A DNA stretch of 64,000 nucleotides from the NCBI GenBank assembly GCA_023381615.1, contig JAMCQL010000035.1:5979-69978 (forward strand). The letters run 5' to 3'. This stretch comes from Bacteroidota bacterium (GTDB lineage: Bacteria; Bacteroidota; Ignavibacteria; Kryptoniales; JAKASW01). The position numbers and the translations under genes are program-made. Within the stretch, counting starts at the first letter, position 1, and each line of letters starts with the position of its first letter. Shown here in pieces: positions 49,837 through 58,801 of the stretch. The notes under the pieces were generated by a model. The model did no database searches, was not told the DNA's origin, and was given only the letters and a program-made list of their open reading frames with translations.

Positions 49837-50613
49837 ATGAAAAAGACGTTAGAAATTGGTACAGTCGCCGGTCTGGCTTTTGGTATAATCTCGATCTTCG
49901 GTTCGTTCTTAATGGAAGGCGGGAAAATCGGCGCGCTCATTATGATACCCGCGATGACGATCGTCTTTGGCGGCACGTTCGCGACCGCCATGATCGGCAC
50001 TTCATTCAAGCAGTTCGGCAAGATGTGGAAGTTTGCAATAATAGCATTTATGCCGCCCAAGCATGACGTCGAGAAATTGATTGAGTCTATCGTTAAATAT
50101 GCAACGGTGGCTCGCAAAGACGGTCTGCTTGCGCTTGAGAAAGAACTTGGAGGCATCCAGCATTCTTTTCTAAAGAAGATGCTCCGGTTTGCAATTGATG
50201 GAACCGATCCTCAGACGATGCGCGCTGTGGCGGACGCCGAGATGGGCTTTTTGAATGAGAGGCACACTTCAAACGCGCAAATTTTCCAAAAGATGGGCGG
50301 CTATTCCCCAACGATGGGAATCATCGGAACCGTGATGGGCCTGATCGTGACGCTTGCAAATGCGGGCGGGGACCCGAACGATTTGATCCACCATATTGCA
50401 ACTGCGTTCATCGCGACTCTCTGGGGAATTTTCATGGCAAATATTGTCTGGCTTCCGATTGCGGACAAGTTGAAGACAATTCACAGCCAAGAAAATCTTG
50501 TAATGGAAATAACGCTCGAAGGCGTTCTCGCGCTCCAAGCCGGGGAGATACCGGCGATCGTCAGAGCGAAGTTGAGGGCGATGCTGCCGAGCAGTGAGCA
50601 GGGTGAGATCTGA
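49837..50613 (+). CDS. motA: Flagellar stator protein MotA
   Basis: Four-TM MotA/TolQ/ExbB-type protein (IIGTVMGLI, ATLWGIFMANIVWLPIADKL). Confidence 0.9.
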   Translation: MKKTLEIGTVAGLAFGIISIFGSFLMEGGKIGALIMIPAMTIVFGGTFATAMIGTSFKQFGKMWKFAIIAFMPPKHDVEKLIESIVKYATVARKDGLLALEKELGGIQHSFLKKMLRFAIDGTDPQTMRAVADAEMGFLNERHTSNAQIFQKMGGYSPTMGIIGTVMGLIVTLANAGGDPNDLIHHIATAFIATLWGIFMANIVWLPIADKLKTIHSQENLVMEITLEGVLALQAGEIPAIVRAKLRAMLPSSEQGEI

Positions 50614-51317
50614 TGCACAAGAAGGGAGAGGGCGAGCATGATAATCTTGAAAGATGGCTTTTGACTTATGCGGACCTGATCACATTGCTGTTGGGTTTGT
50701 TTGTGATTCTCTATGCAAGTTCGCAAGTTGACATGTCAAAATACAAGCAAGTGGTTTCCGCTTTCGAAAATGTTTTCGGCGGCGGCGGTTCCGCTGCCGG
50801 CGCCTTGCCGGGTGACAAGGGAATAATGACCAGTGCGGTTCCTCAATCGCCAAACAGCGGTTCGAGGCAGTTGGAGAGAAAAGTAGAGGCGGCGGTCGGC
50901 AAAGCTCTCAAGGCGGGCGGAGCGATGATCACGCATGACGAACGCGGCGTTACCGTTCACTTCCTTGAAAAATTCATGTTCGACCAAGGCAAAGCAGAAA
51001 TAAAACCGAGAGCTTACAGTGTTCTGGATACTCTTGGATTTCTGCTGCAGTCAATACCGAATCAAATTCGCGTCGAGGGACATACGGACGACACACCGAT
51101 CCACACTGCGCAGTTTCCATCCAACTGGCATTTGTCGATTGCGCGTGCATTGAATGTAGGTTATTATCTATTACAGCATTATCAAATCCGGCCGGAGAAA
51201 GTTGCCATAGTCGGCTACGGCGAATATCATCCGCTGGTTCCGAACGACACCCCGGTACACAAAGCAGAAAATAGGAGAGTGGACATTGTCATACTCAACA
51301 GCATCACGAAGAACTGA
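50613..51317 (+). CDS. motB: Flagellar stator protein MotB
   Basis: WLLTYADLITLLL plug/TM with the conserved Asp; OmpA-like C-terminus (RVEGHTDDTPI...NRRVDIVI). Confidence 0.9.
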   Translation: MHKKGEGEHDNLERWLLTYADLITLLLGLFVILYASSQVDMSKYKQVVSAFENVFGGGGSAAGALPGDKGIMTSAVPQSPNSGSRQLERKVEAAVGKALKAGGAMITHDERGVTVHFLEKFMFDQGKAEIKPRAYSVLDTLGFLLQSIPNQIRVEGHTDDTPIHTAQFPSNWHLSIARALNVGYYLLQHYQIRPEKVAIVGYGEYHPLVPNDTPVHKAENRRVDIVILNSITKN

Positions 51318-51330
51318 GGAGAAAATAGAG

Positions 51331-51732
51331 GTGAAATCAAAGTTGACGACGCGGCAGTTCGGCGAATTGGAGTTCGATGAAAGCATTGTCTATCATTTCC
51401 CAAACGGGTTGCCCGGTTTTGAAGAGCTTCACGACTTTATTATAATAGATGACAAAGATACAGAACCGTTAAGATGGCTATTGTCTAAAGATGAGCCGAA
51501 TGTCGGATTTGCGCTGCTCGAAGCCGCACTTGTTGCGCCGCAATTATACAACGAACTTTCTCCTGAAGAAAGGACGTCGTCCGTAATGTTCACAGTCGTA
51601 GTCCTGCGCCGCGATCCGGAACCGATAACGGTCAACCTTAAAGCCCCGATCGTGATCAACCACTCGGCTAAATCAGGAAAGCAAGTAGTCTTGAATTCAG
51701 ATAAATATTCAACGGAACATAAAATCAACTGA
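51331..51732 (+). CDS. fliW: Flagellar assembly factor FliW
   Basis: GTG at 51331 follows GAGGAG. TRQFGELEFDESIVYHFPNGLPGFEE is the FliW signature. Confidence 0.85.
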   Translation: MKSKLTTRQFGELEFDESIVYHFPNGLPGFEELHDFIIIDDKDTEPLRWLLSKDEPNVGFALLEAALVAPQLYNELSPEERTSSVMFTVVVLRRDPEPITVNLKAPIVINHSAKSGKQVVLNSDKYSTEHKIN

Positions 51733-51747
51733 CCATGGAAGGAAATC

Positions 51748-52002
51748 ATGTTAGTCTTAACAAGGAAGTTAGGCGAAGTAATCAAGATTGGCGACAAAAT
51801 TAAAGTTGTCGTCGTATCTGTCGAAGGCGGAAGCGTAAAGTTAGGCGTTGAAGCGCCCGAAGAAATTCCGGTACACCGCGAAGAGATCTACCAGAAGATA
51901 GCCGCTGAAAACAAAGCCGCCTCAGCTCAGTTGGATAGAGAAAAAGCCAAATCGGTAAAAAATATCCTGTCCACGGGATCCTTCGGAAAAAAAAATGGCT
52001 GA
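51748..52002 (+). CDS. csrA: Carbon storage/translational regulator CsrA
   Basis: [48 protein letters not shown]. Confidence 0.95.
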   Translation: MLVLTRKLGEVIKIGDKIKVVVVSVEGGSVKLGVEAPEEIPVHREEIYQKIAAENKAASAQLDREKAKSVKNILSTGSFGKKNG

Positions 52003-52711
52003 GCAGCAGCCCAGAACAGTCCTCGTCATTGACGATGCCAAAATTGTTCAGCGATTTGCCGAGGAGTTCTTCAAGAGATTGAAGTTTGATGTATATGTCG
52101 CATCGGACGGCTATGAAGGCGTGAAACTTGCGCTCGCCTCTAAACCAGATTTAATTCTGCTCGATATAATGATGCCGCGTCTCGACGGTTTCAAGACTTT
52201 GCAGGTAATTAAATCCAACGATTTGACGAAAAACATTCCGGTCGTTGTAATGACGGCATATTCGGACAGAATAAATATCGTATCTGCGGCGAAGCTCGGC
52301 GCAATAGCGGTGATAACAAAGCCGCTGACCGAGGAGATCCTTTTCGGAAAACTGAGGCAGATATTCGGAGAAAAATTCGTGCAGTCGGTAATTCCGCAGG
52401 ATCCGAAATCAAAGGAAAATCCCTTCGGTGTGAATGAACAGGAATACGGCGACGCTGTCCGCGGAATGGTCGAAGAATTTGTAAAGTATTACCGCGAACA
52501 AGTTGACGATCTCGAAAGGGCAATTTACGGTAAAGACATAGATACGATCAGAAGAATTACGCACAACATTCGCGGCACGGGCGGATCTTTCGGGTACGAT
52601 GATGCAACAACACTTGCGACACGACTGAACGAAGTGGTACACTCTTCCTCCGTCAATTGGCAGGAAGCGGAAGAACTTTTGGTGCAATTAAAAAATAGGA
52701 TGAAGAGATGA
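51995..52711 (+). CDS. Response regulator receiver fused to an HPt-like domain
   Basis: REC ([25 protein letters not shown]). The C-terminal four-helix region carries [15 protein letters not shown] (H-x-x-R-G in place of H-x-x-K-G). Confidence 0.7.
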   Translation: MAEQQPRTVLVIDDAKIVQRFAEEFFKRLKFDVYVASDGYEGVKLALASKPDLILLDIMMPRLDGFKTLQVIKSNDLTKNIPVVVMTAYSDRINIVSAAKLGAIAVITKPLTEEILFGKLRQIFGEKFVQSVIPQDPKSKENPFGVNEQEYGDAVRGMVEEFVKYYREQVDDLERAIYGKDIDTIRRITHNIRGTGGSFGYDDATTLATRLNEVVHSSSVNWQEAEELLVQLKNRMKR

Positions 52712-53085
52712 AAGCACTTGTCGCAGACGACGTTCCGATGATCAGGAAACTTGTTGAGTATCATTTGAAGCAGATTGGGTTCGACATATCCAGCGCCGCT
52801 GATGGAGCCGAAGCTTTGCTGCTCGCGAGCAACAAGAAATTCGATTTGATTTTGCTTGATATAATGATGCCGGAAATAGACGGGCTGGAAGTCTTAAGAA
52901 GAGTCAGAGTGGATTCAGTGAACAAGGAGACGCCGGTAATAATCATGACTGCTTATGGTGATTCTGCTAATGTGAGAAAGGCTGTCGAATATGGAGCAAA
53001 CGACTTCATCGTGAAGCCTGTCGAGCAAGTGTCTTTCCGTAAAAAAATTATCGATGCTGTCAGTGCGAAGCCGTCGGGGAGTTAG
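52708..53085 (+). CDS. Single-domain response regulator
   Basis: [26 protein letters not shown]. Confidence 0.85.
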   Translation: MKALVADDVPMIRKLVEYHLKQIGFDISSAADGAEALLLASNKKFDLILLDIMMPEIDGLEVLRRVRVDSVNKETPVIIMTAYGDSANVRKAVEYGANDFIVKPVEQVSFRKKIIDAVSAKPSGS

Positions 53086-53087
53086 AA

Positions 53088-54611
53088 ATGAACCTTTCCC
53101 TTTCAATGATTGTGAAGAACGAAGAACGGTTCTTGCCCGAATGTCTCGAGAGCGTCAAAGGCCTGGTAGATGAAATAGTGATCGTGGATACCGGTTCAAC
53201 CGACAGCACGAAACAGATTGCCGCGAGCTTTGGCGCGCGGGTTTTCGACTTCGCATGGTGCGACGATTTCTCCGCGGCAAGAAATGAATCGCTGAAAAAT
53301 ACGACTGGAGATTGGGTGCTGTACCTCGATGCGGACGAGAGGGTAGACAAAACTTACCATGGAAAAATCCGCAGGATGATTTCCGGCGGGAAAGCCGACG
53401 CATTTCTTCTCAACCTGAAAAGCAAAATTGGAACGAAAGAAGATTCGCAATATCATCTCGTATCTTATCCTCGGCTTTTCAAAAAGATGAAGGGCGTTGC
53501 CTTCGTAGGTGAAGTCCACGAACAGATAACGACTTCGCTGAATGCCGTCCGCGCGCGGATCGTTCAATCTGACGTCATAATCGAGCATCTCGGTTACGCG
53601 CAAGACGACGACGTCATTCTGGAAAAAGCGAGACGCAACTATCGCTTGCTCCTTTCGCAGATCGAACGGAGGGAAAACTACGGCTACGCTTTGTACCAAC
53701 TTGGGCAGACAGAAATTGTTTTGAGCGAAGTAGAAAAAGGTCTGGCGCATTTGCACGAGGCATTGGCCGTCGGCGGTTTTGGGAAATCCGTTGAAGCTTC
53801 GATTTACGGAATCATTGCCGAGAACACATTTAAACGCGGGGACTATAACGCTGCTCTAAGCGCGTGCGAAAAATCTCTCCATGCGGCTCCGCAGCAAACT
53901 TTTGCCCACATGATGAAGGGCGAGATTTATCTTAAACTGTGCGAGTATCAGGAATCCGAGAATTCGTTCTCGAAGTCGCTCGACCAATACCGCTCGAGCA
54001 TTCTGTTGGGGAAAGTTGCAACCGCGGTGGAGCCGGTGTTCGATATAGACGTTCTTTATTCGAAGCTTGGGAAAGCTGCGTCGCTTGCCGGAGACACGGA
54101 GACTGCGAAACTTTATCTCGGAAAAGCCGTTGAAGAAAAACCGAGCGAGCTGAAAGTCGCGAACTATATGGAGTTCTTTCTCAAGCATAAGATGTATCGG
54201 GAAGCCCTCGATGCGGCAGAACAATATCGGCAATTCGAAAACGAAGACTGGTATCTGCGGCTTGTGTCTTCAGCTCTAATAGACCTTGAACATTTTCAGG
54301 ATGCTTCGCGGCTGCTCGAGAACATTTCCGAACACGATCGGGTATCACTTTCGAGTTTGGCAAATTGCAGATTGAAGATAGGAGATTTTGAAGGAGCTGA
54401 GTCGGCGTTTCAGAGCGCGGTCGAATCCGGATATAACGATCCGCAAGGGATGGAACTATACGGGCTTGTGCAATTCAAGCTTGGGAAGTTTTCCGATGCG
54501 GTCAAGACTCTTACAAGGGTTGTAGAAATCGATCCGATGAATTCACGCGTGGCAAAATTTATCCAAGCCGGAAGAGCCCAAATCGGAGCGGCGACAGTGG
54601 CGATTAAGTAA
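53088..54611 (+). CDS. Family-2 glycosyltransferase fused to TPR repeats
   Basis: LSMIVKNEERFLPECLES, VDTGSTD, LDADE, then ~300 aa of TPR-like repeats. Confidence 0.8.
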   Translation: MNLSLSMIVKNEERFLPECLESVKGLVDEIVIVDTGSTDSTKQIAASFGARVFDFAWCDDFSAARNESLKNTTGDWVLYLDADERVDKTYHGKIRRMISGGKADAFLLNLKSKIGTKEDSQYHLVSYPRLFKKMKGVAFVGEVHEQITTSLNAVRARIVQSDVIIEHLGYAQDDDVILEKARRNYRLLLSQIERRENYGYALYQLGQTEIVLSEVEKGLAHLHEALAVGGFGKSVEASIYGIIAENTFKRGDYNAALSACEKSLHAAPQQTFAHMMKGEIYLKLCEYQESENSFSKSLDQYRSSILLGKVATAVEPVFDIDVLYSKLGKAASLAGDTETAKLYLGKAVEEKPSELKVANYMEFFLKHKMYREALDAAEQYRQFENEDWYLRLVSSALIDLEHFQDASRLLENISEHDRVSLSSLANCRLKIGDFEGAESAFQSAVESGYNDPQGMELYGLVQFKLGKFSDAVKTLTRVVEIDPMNSRVAKFIQAGRAQIGAATVAIK

Positions 54612-54753
54612 CAAAGGTTTCCAAAACCGGGAACATCGCTGTAAAAAGCGACTGCAAATCCAGGAGATGATTAGTACAGAAAGACTTTAGTTCAAAGGCG
54701 TGGTGCTTGTCTTCGCTTTCCATTAGCCATCCCAACTAAGATTTTTCATTTTC

Positions 54754-54782
54754 TTGATTCACAGGGTTTCCTTCTCTAATTT
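54754..54782 (+). promoter_or_regulatory. Possible sigma-70-type promoter TTGATT-17 nt-TAATTT upstream of hbd
   Basis: Hexamers at 54754-54759 and 54777-54782. The ATG lies only ~12 nt downstream of the -10 element, which implies a near-leaderless mRNA. Confidence 0.25.
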
Positions 54783-54793
54783 ACTATCGTATT

Positions 54794-55729
54794 ATGGCAC
54801 AAGAAGAATCATTCGCTGAAGTATTTAACATCTCTCCTTCTGAGTCGGAACGGGCCGGATACATCGCAATCGTCGGCGGCGGGCTCATGGGCAGAGGAAT
54901 CGCGCAGACCGCAGCAAGCGCCGGCATAAATGTTCTCATCATCGAGCGCGACGATGATACATCCGAGAAATGCAAAGAGAGATTGTCGGAAATGCTCGAC
55001 GCTGAAATTGAACGCTGGGCATTGACCAAGGGCGAAAAGAGAGCAATACTCGCGCGCACCAAACTTTCAACCGAATTGACGGAAGTATCGGAATGCGATG
55101 TCGTTATCGAAGCAATCGACGAGGACTTCACATCTAAGAAAGCGATTTTCAAACAGCTCGATAAAATTTGCGATCCGAATACAATATTTGTTTCCAACAC
55201 TGCAACGTTAAGTTTGACGAAACTTGCCGAAGCGACGTCGCGCCCGGATAAGATCATCGGGATGCATTTCCTGAATCCCGTTCCGCGAATTCCGCTCGTC
55301 GAGGTTATTCGTGCGCTCAAAACGAGCGACGAGACCTTTCGCAGGATCAAGCAGTTTGCAGAAGACCTTGGGAAAACCGTCGTGGAGGTTTACGAATACC
55401 CGGGCTTTGTCACGACGCGTGTTATTCTTCCCATGTTGAACGAAGCGATGCAGGTTTTTCTCGAGGGGATTGCAACCGCCGAGGGAATCGACACCGCAAT
55501 CAAACTCGGTTACGGGTTGAACGTTGGTCCGCTCGAAATGGCGGACTCGATGGGTTTGGATGAAGTGTTGACCTGGCTCGACACGCTTTATCACGAGCTT
55601 GGAGCTCCTCAATATCGTGCCAGCCCGATACTCCGGCGAAAAGTGCGTGAGGGGAAATTGGGAAAGAAAACCGGCGAAGGATTTTTCAGGTACGACGAGT
55701 CGGGCAAGAAAATGGAAAATTATCAGTAA
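54794..55729 (+). CDS. hbd: 3-hydroxybutyryl/3-hydroxyacyl-CoA dehydrogenase
   Basis: Rossmann IAIVGGGLMGRGIA, HFLNPVP, GFVTTR. Confidence 0.85.
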   Translation: MAQEESFAEVFNISPSESERAGYIAIVGGGLMGRGIAQTAASAGINVLIIERDDDTSEKCKERLSEMLDAEIERWALTKGEKRAILARTKLSTELTEVSECDVVIEAIDEDFTSKKAIFKQLDKICDPNTIFVSNTATLSLTKLAEATSRPDKIIGMHFLNPVPRIPLVEVIRALKTSDETFRRIKQFAEDLGKTVVEVYEYPGFVTTRVILPMLNEAMQVFLEGIATAEGIDTAIKLGYGLNVGPLEMADSMGLDEVLTWLDTLYHELGAPQYRASPILRRKVREGKLGKKTGEGFFRYDESGKKMENYQ

Positions 55730-55756
55730 GAAAATTTTCTGAGAAAAGAAATAGAA

Positions 55757-57022
55757 ATGAAAATTCTTGTTTTAAATTCCGGAAGCTCATCCGTTAAATA
55801 TCAATTTGTCGACGCCAAGGATAGTGTCGTCCTGGCGAAAGGAATTGTAGACCGTGTTGGAATGAACGACTCGGTTGTAACTCACGAGCGATACGATGGC
55901 GATAAGGTGAAAATCAGCGCAGAGGTTCTTGACCACCAAACTGCGATCGAATATGTCCTCGCGGTGCTTCTGAGCAAGAACCATGGAGTCATTCAGGACA
56001 AATCGCAGATCGAGGCGGTCGGTCATAGGGTGGTACACGGCGGTGAGAGCTTTTCAGAGAGCGTTCTCATCGACGAGAAAGTCATGGATGAAATTCGTGA
56101 GGACATCGAGTTGGCGCCTTTGCACAATCCTCACAACCTTCGCGGCATTCAGGCTGTTCTGAAACATTTGCCGGGCACTCCGCAAGTCGCAGTCTTCGAT
56201 ACCGCATTTCATCAGAAGATGCCGCCTCGTGCCTTCCTTTACGGAATTCCGTATCTCCTTTACAGGCGATACAAAATTCGCCGCTACGGCTTTCACGGGG
56301 CTTCGCATTATTACGTTTCGCAGAGAGCGGCCGAATTGCTCGGGAAGCCGATTGAGAAACTGAAAATCATCACCGCACATCTTGGCAACGGCTGCAGCAT
56401 GACCGCCGTTGATGGAGGAGTTTCGATAGACACGTCGATGGGATTTACGCCGCTTGAAGGTTTGCTTATGGGAACACGCAGCGGCGATCTCGATCCGTCG
56501 ATCATATTACACATCGTGGGCCGCGAAGGACTGTCTCTTGCCGAAGCGAACACGCTTCTCAACAAACACAGCGGGTTGCTGGGAATATCAGGACTCACAA
56601 GCGACATGCGCGAGATTATTTCCGAGAAAAAATCCGGCAACAAACAGGCTGATCTTGCCTTTCAGGTTTTTACATACCGCATAAAGAAATACATCGGCTC
56701 GTATGCGGCGGCGATGGGCGGTTTGGACGCCCTCGTCTTCACAGGCGGGATCGGGGAGAATAGTCCTGATGTCCGCGCCGAAAGCTGCAAGGGACTTGAC
56801 TTCCTTGGAATTAAAATTGACGACGATAAAAACAATTTGACCGTGAGTGAAAAAGTCATAAGCGCAGAGTCTTCAAAAGTGAAAGTTCTCGCTTTGCCAA
56901 CAAATGAAGAGTTGGTGATAGCGCTTGACACGATGAGAATAGTGGAATCTGCTCAACGAGTCGAGTCATCGACCAAACGTTCTTCGGAGGTGGAGCATGA
57001 AAAAGCTAATTTTAATAGCTAG
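55757..57022 (+). CDS. ackA: Acetate kinase
   Basis: MKILVLNSGSSSVKYQ, GHRVVHGG, RYGFHGASH, FTGGIGEN. Confidence 0.95.
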   Translation: MKILVLNSGSSSVKYQFVDAKDSVVLAKGIVDRVGMNDSVVTHERYDGDKVKISAEVLDHQTAIEYVLAVLLSKNHGVIQDKSQIEAVGHRVVHGGESFSESVLIDEKVMDEIREDIELAPLHNPHNLRGIQAVLKHLPGTPQVAVFDTAFHQKMPPRAFLYGIPYLLYRRYKIRRYGFHGASHYYVSQRAAELLGKPIEKLKIITAHLGNGCSMTAVDGGVSIDTSMGFTPLEGLLMGTRSGDLDPSIILHIVGREGLSLAEANTLLNKHSGLLGISGLTSDMREIISEKKSGNKQADLAFQVFTYRIKKYIGSYAAAMGGLDALVFTGGIGENSPDVRAESCKGLDFLGIKIDDDKNNLTVSEKVISAESSKVKVLALPTNEELVIALDTMRIVESAQRVESSTKRSSEVEHEKANFNS

Positions 57023-57149
57023 CGCTGCGGCGATAGCTGTCGGTATTGCGTATCTGGTCGTGAAAACTGTGGAAGAGCTGCAATTCGTGGGTGAAGAAGA
57101 AGAATTGACGCCGGAAGACGTCGAGTCCCAATTACTCCAGCACGAATAG
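56997..57149 (+). CDS. Unannotated 50-aa microprotein (TM helix + acidic tail) bridging ackA and the BtpA-family gene
   Basis: ATG at 56997 follows GGAGGTGGAG. Product is MKKLILIASAAAIAVGIAYLVVKTVEELQFVGEEEELTPEDVESQLLQHE. Its TAG overlaps the GTG start of the next gene (TAGTG). Confidence 0.4.
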   Translation: MKKLILIASAAAIAVGIAYLVVKTVEELQFVGEEEELTPEDVESQLLQHE

Positions 57150-57931
57150 TGAACGCTGTGATTCCGAAAGTAATTGGCGTAGTACATTTACTTTCTCTCC
57201 CGGGCGCACCAAACTTCGGCGGCTCAATGGACGTGATAGTCGAACGTGCGTTGAAAGACTGTAAGGCCTACCACGATAATGGCTTGGATAGCGTGATCGT
57301 CGAAAATTTCGGTGACGCGCCGTTTGCTGCCGATAGAGTTTCGGCGGTTACGGTCGCCTCGATGACATTTATAGCCGCAGAATTGAGAAAGCAATTCCCC
57401 GGAATCCATTTCGGCATTAATGTTTTGCGCAACGACGCGGAATCGGCGTTGAGCATTGCTTCCGTTGTCGGGGCGGAATTTATCCGCGTAAATGTTCATG
57501 TCGGTGCCGTCGTTGCCGACCAAGGTATTATCCAGGGCAAGGCTTACGAGACCTTACGCCTCAGGAAGAACTTAAATTCTGGAGTGAAAATTTTTGCCGA
57601 TGTTGACGTGAAACATTCCGCGAAAATCGGGGACTACGGAATAAAATTACAAGCCGCCGACGCGCTTGAAAGGGGACTTGCCGATGCGATCATAGTTAGC
57701 GGAACCAGAACCGGCGAGCCCGTGGACATGAAACAGTTGCGCGAACTTCGCGGGAAGTTTCCGACCGCGAAAATAATCATCGGCAGCGGTGCCGGCTCCC
57801 GGAACGTTTTGAAGCTCCTGAAATACGCGGACAGCGTCATCGTTGGGACTTCGATAAAAGTGGATCAAGTCACTTCAAATCCCGTCGACAGCAAGCGGCT
57901 GAAAGAGTTTCTGAAGACCGCAAAAGCGTGA
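57149..57931 (+). CDS. BtpA/SgcQ-family (TIM-barrel) protein
   Basis: VIGVVHLLSLPGAPNFGG...DSVIVENFGDAPF is the family signature as I recall it. Confidence 0.75.
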   Translation: MNAVIPKVIGVVHLLSLPGAPNFGGSMDVIVERALKDCKAYHDNGLDSVIVENFGDAPFAADRVSAVTVASMTFIAAELRKQFPGIHFGINVLRNDAESALSIASVVGAEFIRVNVHVGAVVADQGIIQGKAYETLRLRKNLNSGVKIFADVDVKHSAKIGDYGIKLQAADALERGLADAIIVSGTRTGEPVDMKQLRELRGKFPTAKIIIGSGAGSRNVLKLLKYADSVIVGTSIKVDQVTSNPVDSKRLKEFLKTAKA

Positions 57932-58425
57932 ACACTCAGCCGACTTGTAATTCGAGTCAGGCATTGTGCGGACGGTTTCAGATTTTGAATCTTACTCCCA
58001 ATATCCTAACTCGGACAAGCCGAAACGAAATAGGGAAGTCATTATTCTCTCTTTAAAGATTGTGGAAGTGGCTCTGTGCCAGCAAAATCACAAATCCGGA
58101 ATTCTAAATCCTAAACAAGTACTAATGACCAAATCTCTAATGTTCAAAAACCACCAACAGAGCATTTTAGAACCTTTGGAAATTAAGATTTGTCCGAAGG
58201 ACTCTTTCGGAAGAATTTGTCCCGCTATCCGGATTCCGCGAACTACGAGATAAAAATACAGTGGGGGATTCTGATGAGCGCTTTGCGCCATGCCGCTTGC
58301 CGCGGTACGCAGTATAGATAATTGAGTGGCAGAAGCGGAATTTGGGATTTCGGATTTGGTGCTTAGAATTTCTTTGTCCTCTGACGCAAAAAATCTTTGC
58401 CCAAAAAGTAAACATTTCATTCAGC

Positions 58426-58483
58426 TCAGCCAGAGTCGGCCGAAGGCTGATGTCCGCCTATGCGGATGAGCCTCAGACTCAGC
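58426..58483. repeat. Copy B of the dispersed imperfect-hairpin repeat (copy A at 44535-44584)
   Basis: TCAGCCAGAGTCGGCCGAAGGCTGATGTCCGCCTATGCGGATGAGCCTCAGACTCAGC. It has an outer stem GAGTC/GACTC and an inner stem GGCTGATGTCCGC/GCGGATGAGCC. Confidence 0.6.
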
Positions 58484-58744
58484 TGACAGGCTGCGGACTG
58501 ATATTACGAAAAAGGGCGTAAAGTCGTTCCCGAGTGCTTTTATCGGGAATCTCACCCCATGGAAAACGTGGATTCCCGCTTGGAGAATGACAGAGAGTAG
58601 TGGTTTTTCTTTTTCTCTTTGGACGGTGAGCCCGATTATTTCTTAAAGAGATTTATGACGCACTACACTATCTCGGTATCACGCCAACGGTCTGGAAAAT
58701 AGCGACCCTCAAACAACACCCCAATTGACTTCCCAAATATTTTG

Positions 58745-58773
58745 TTGACATTGACTTATAGAGACTCTAAATC
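58745..58773 (+). promoter_or_regulatory. Possible sigma-70-type promoter TTGACA-17 nt-TAAATC upstream of the TetR gene
   Basis: Hexamers at 58745-58750 and 58768-58773. GAGGA lies 5 nt before the ATG at 58802. Confidence 0.3.
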
Positions 58774-58801
58774 CGGGTCACTATAAACGTGAGGATTTCG
58801 A

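Noticed and set aside
58260-58320. Possible fourth, degenerate attC (shares CATGCCGC with the attC core)
   Set aside because: Only an 8-mer is shared. There are no flanking RYYYAAC/GTTRRRY cores and no complementary arms.
58088-58420. ORFs of 82-110 aa on both strands of the 57.9-58.8 kb island
   Set aside because: They have no SD, their composition is dominated by the AAATCC/GGATTT repeats, and the frames overlap each other. The region is more parsimoniously non-coding.
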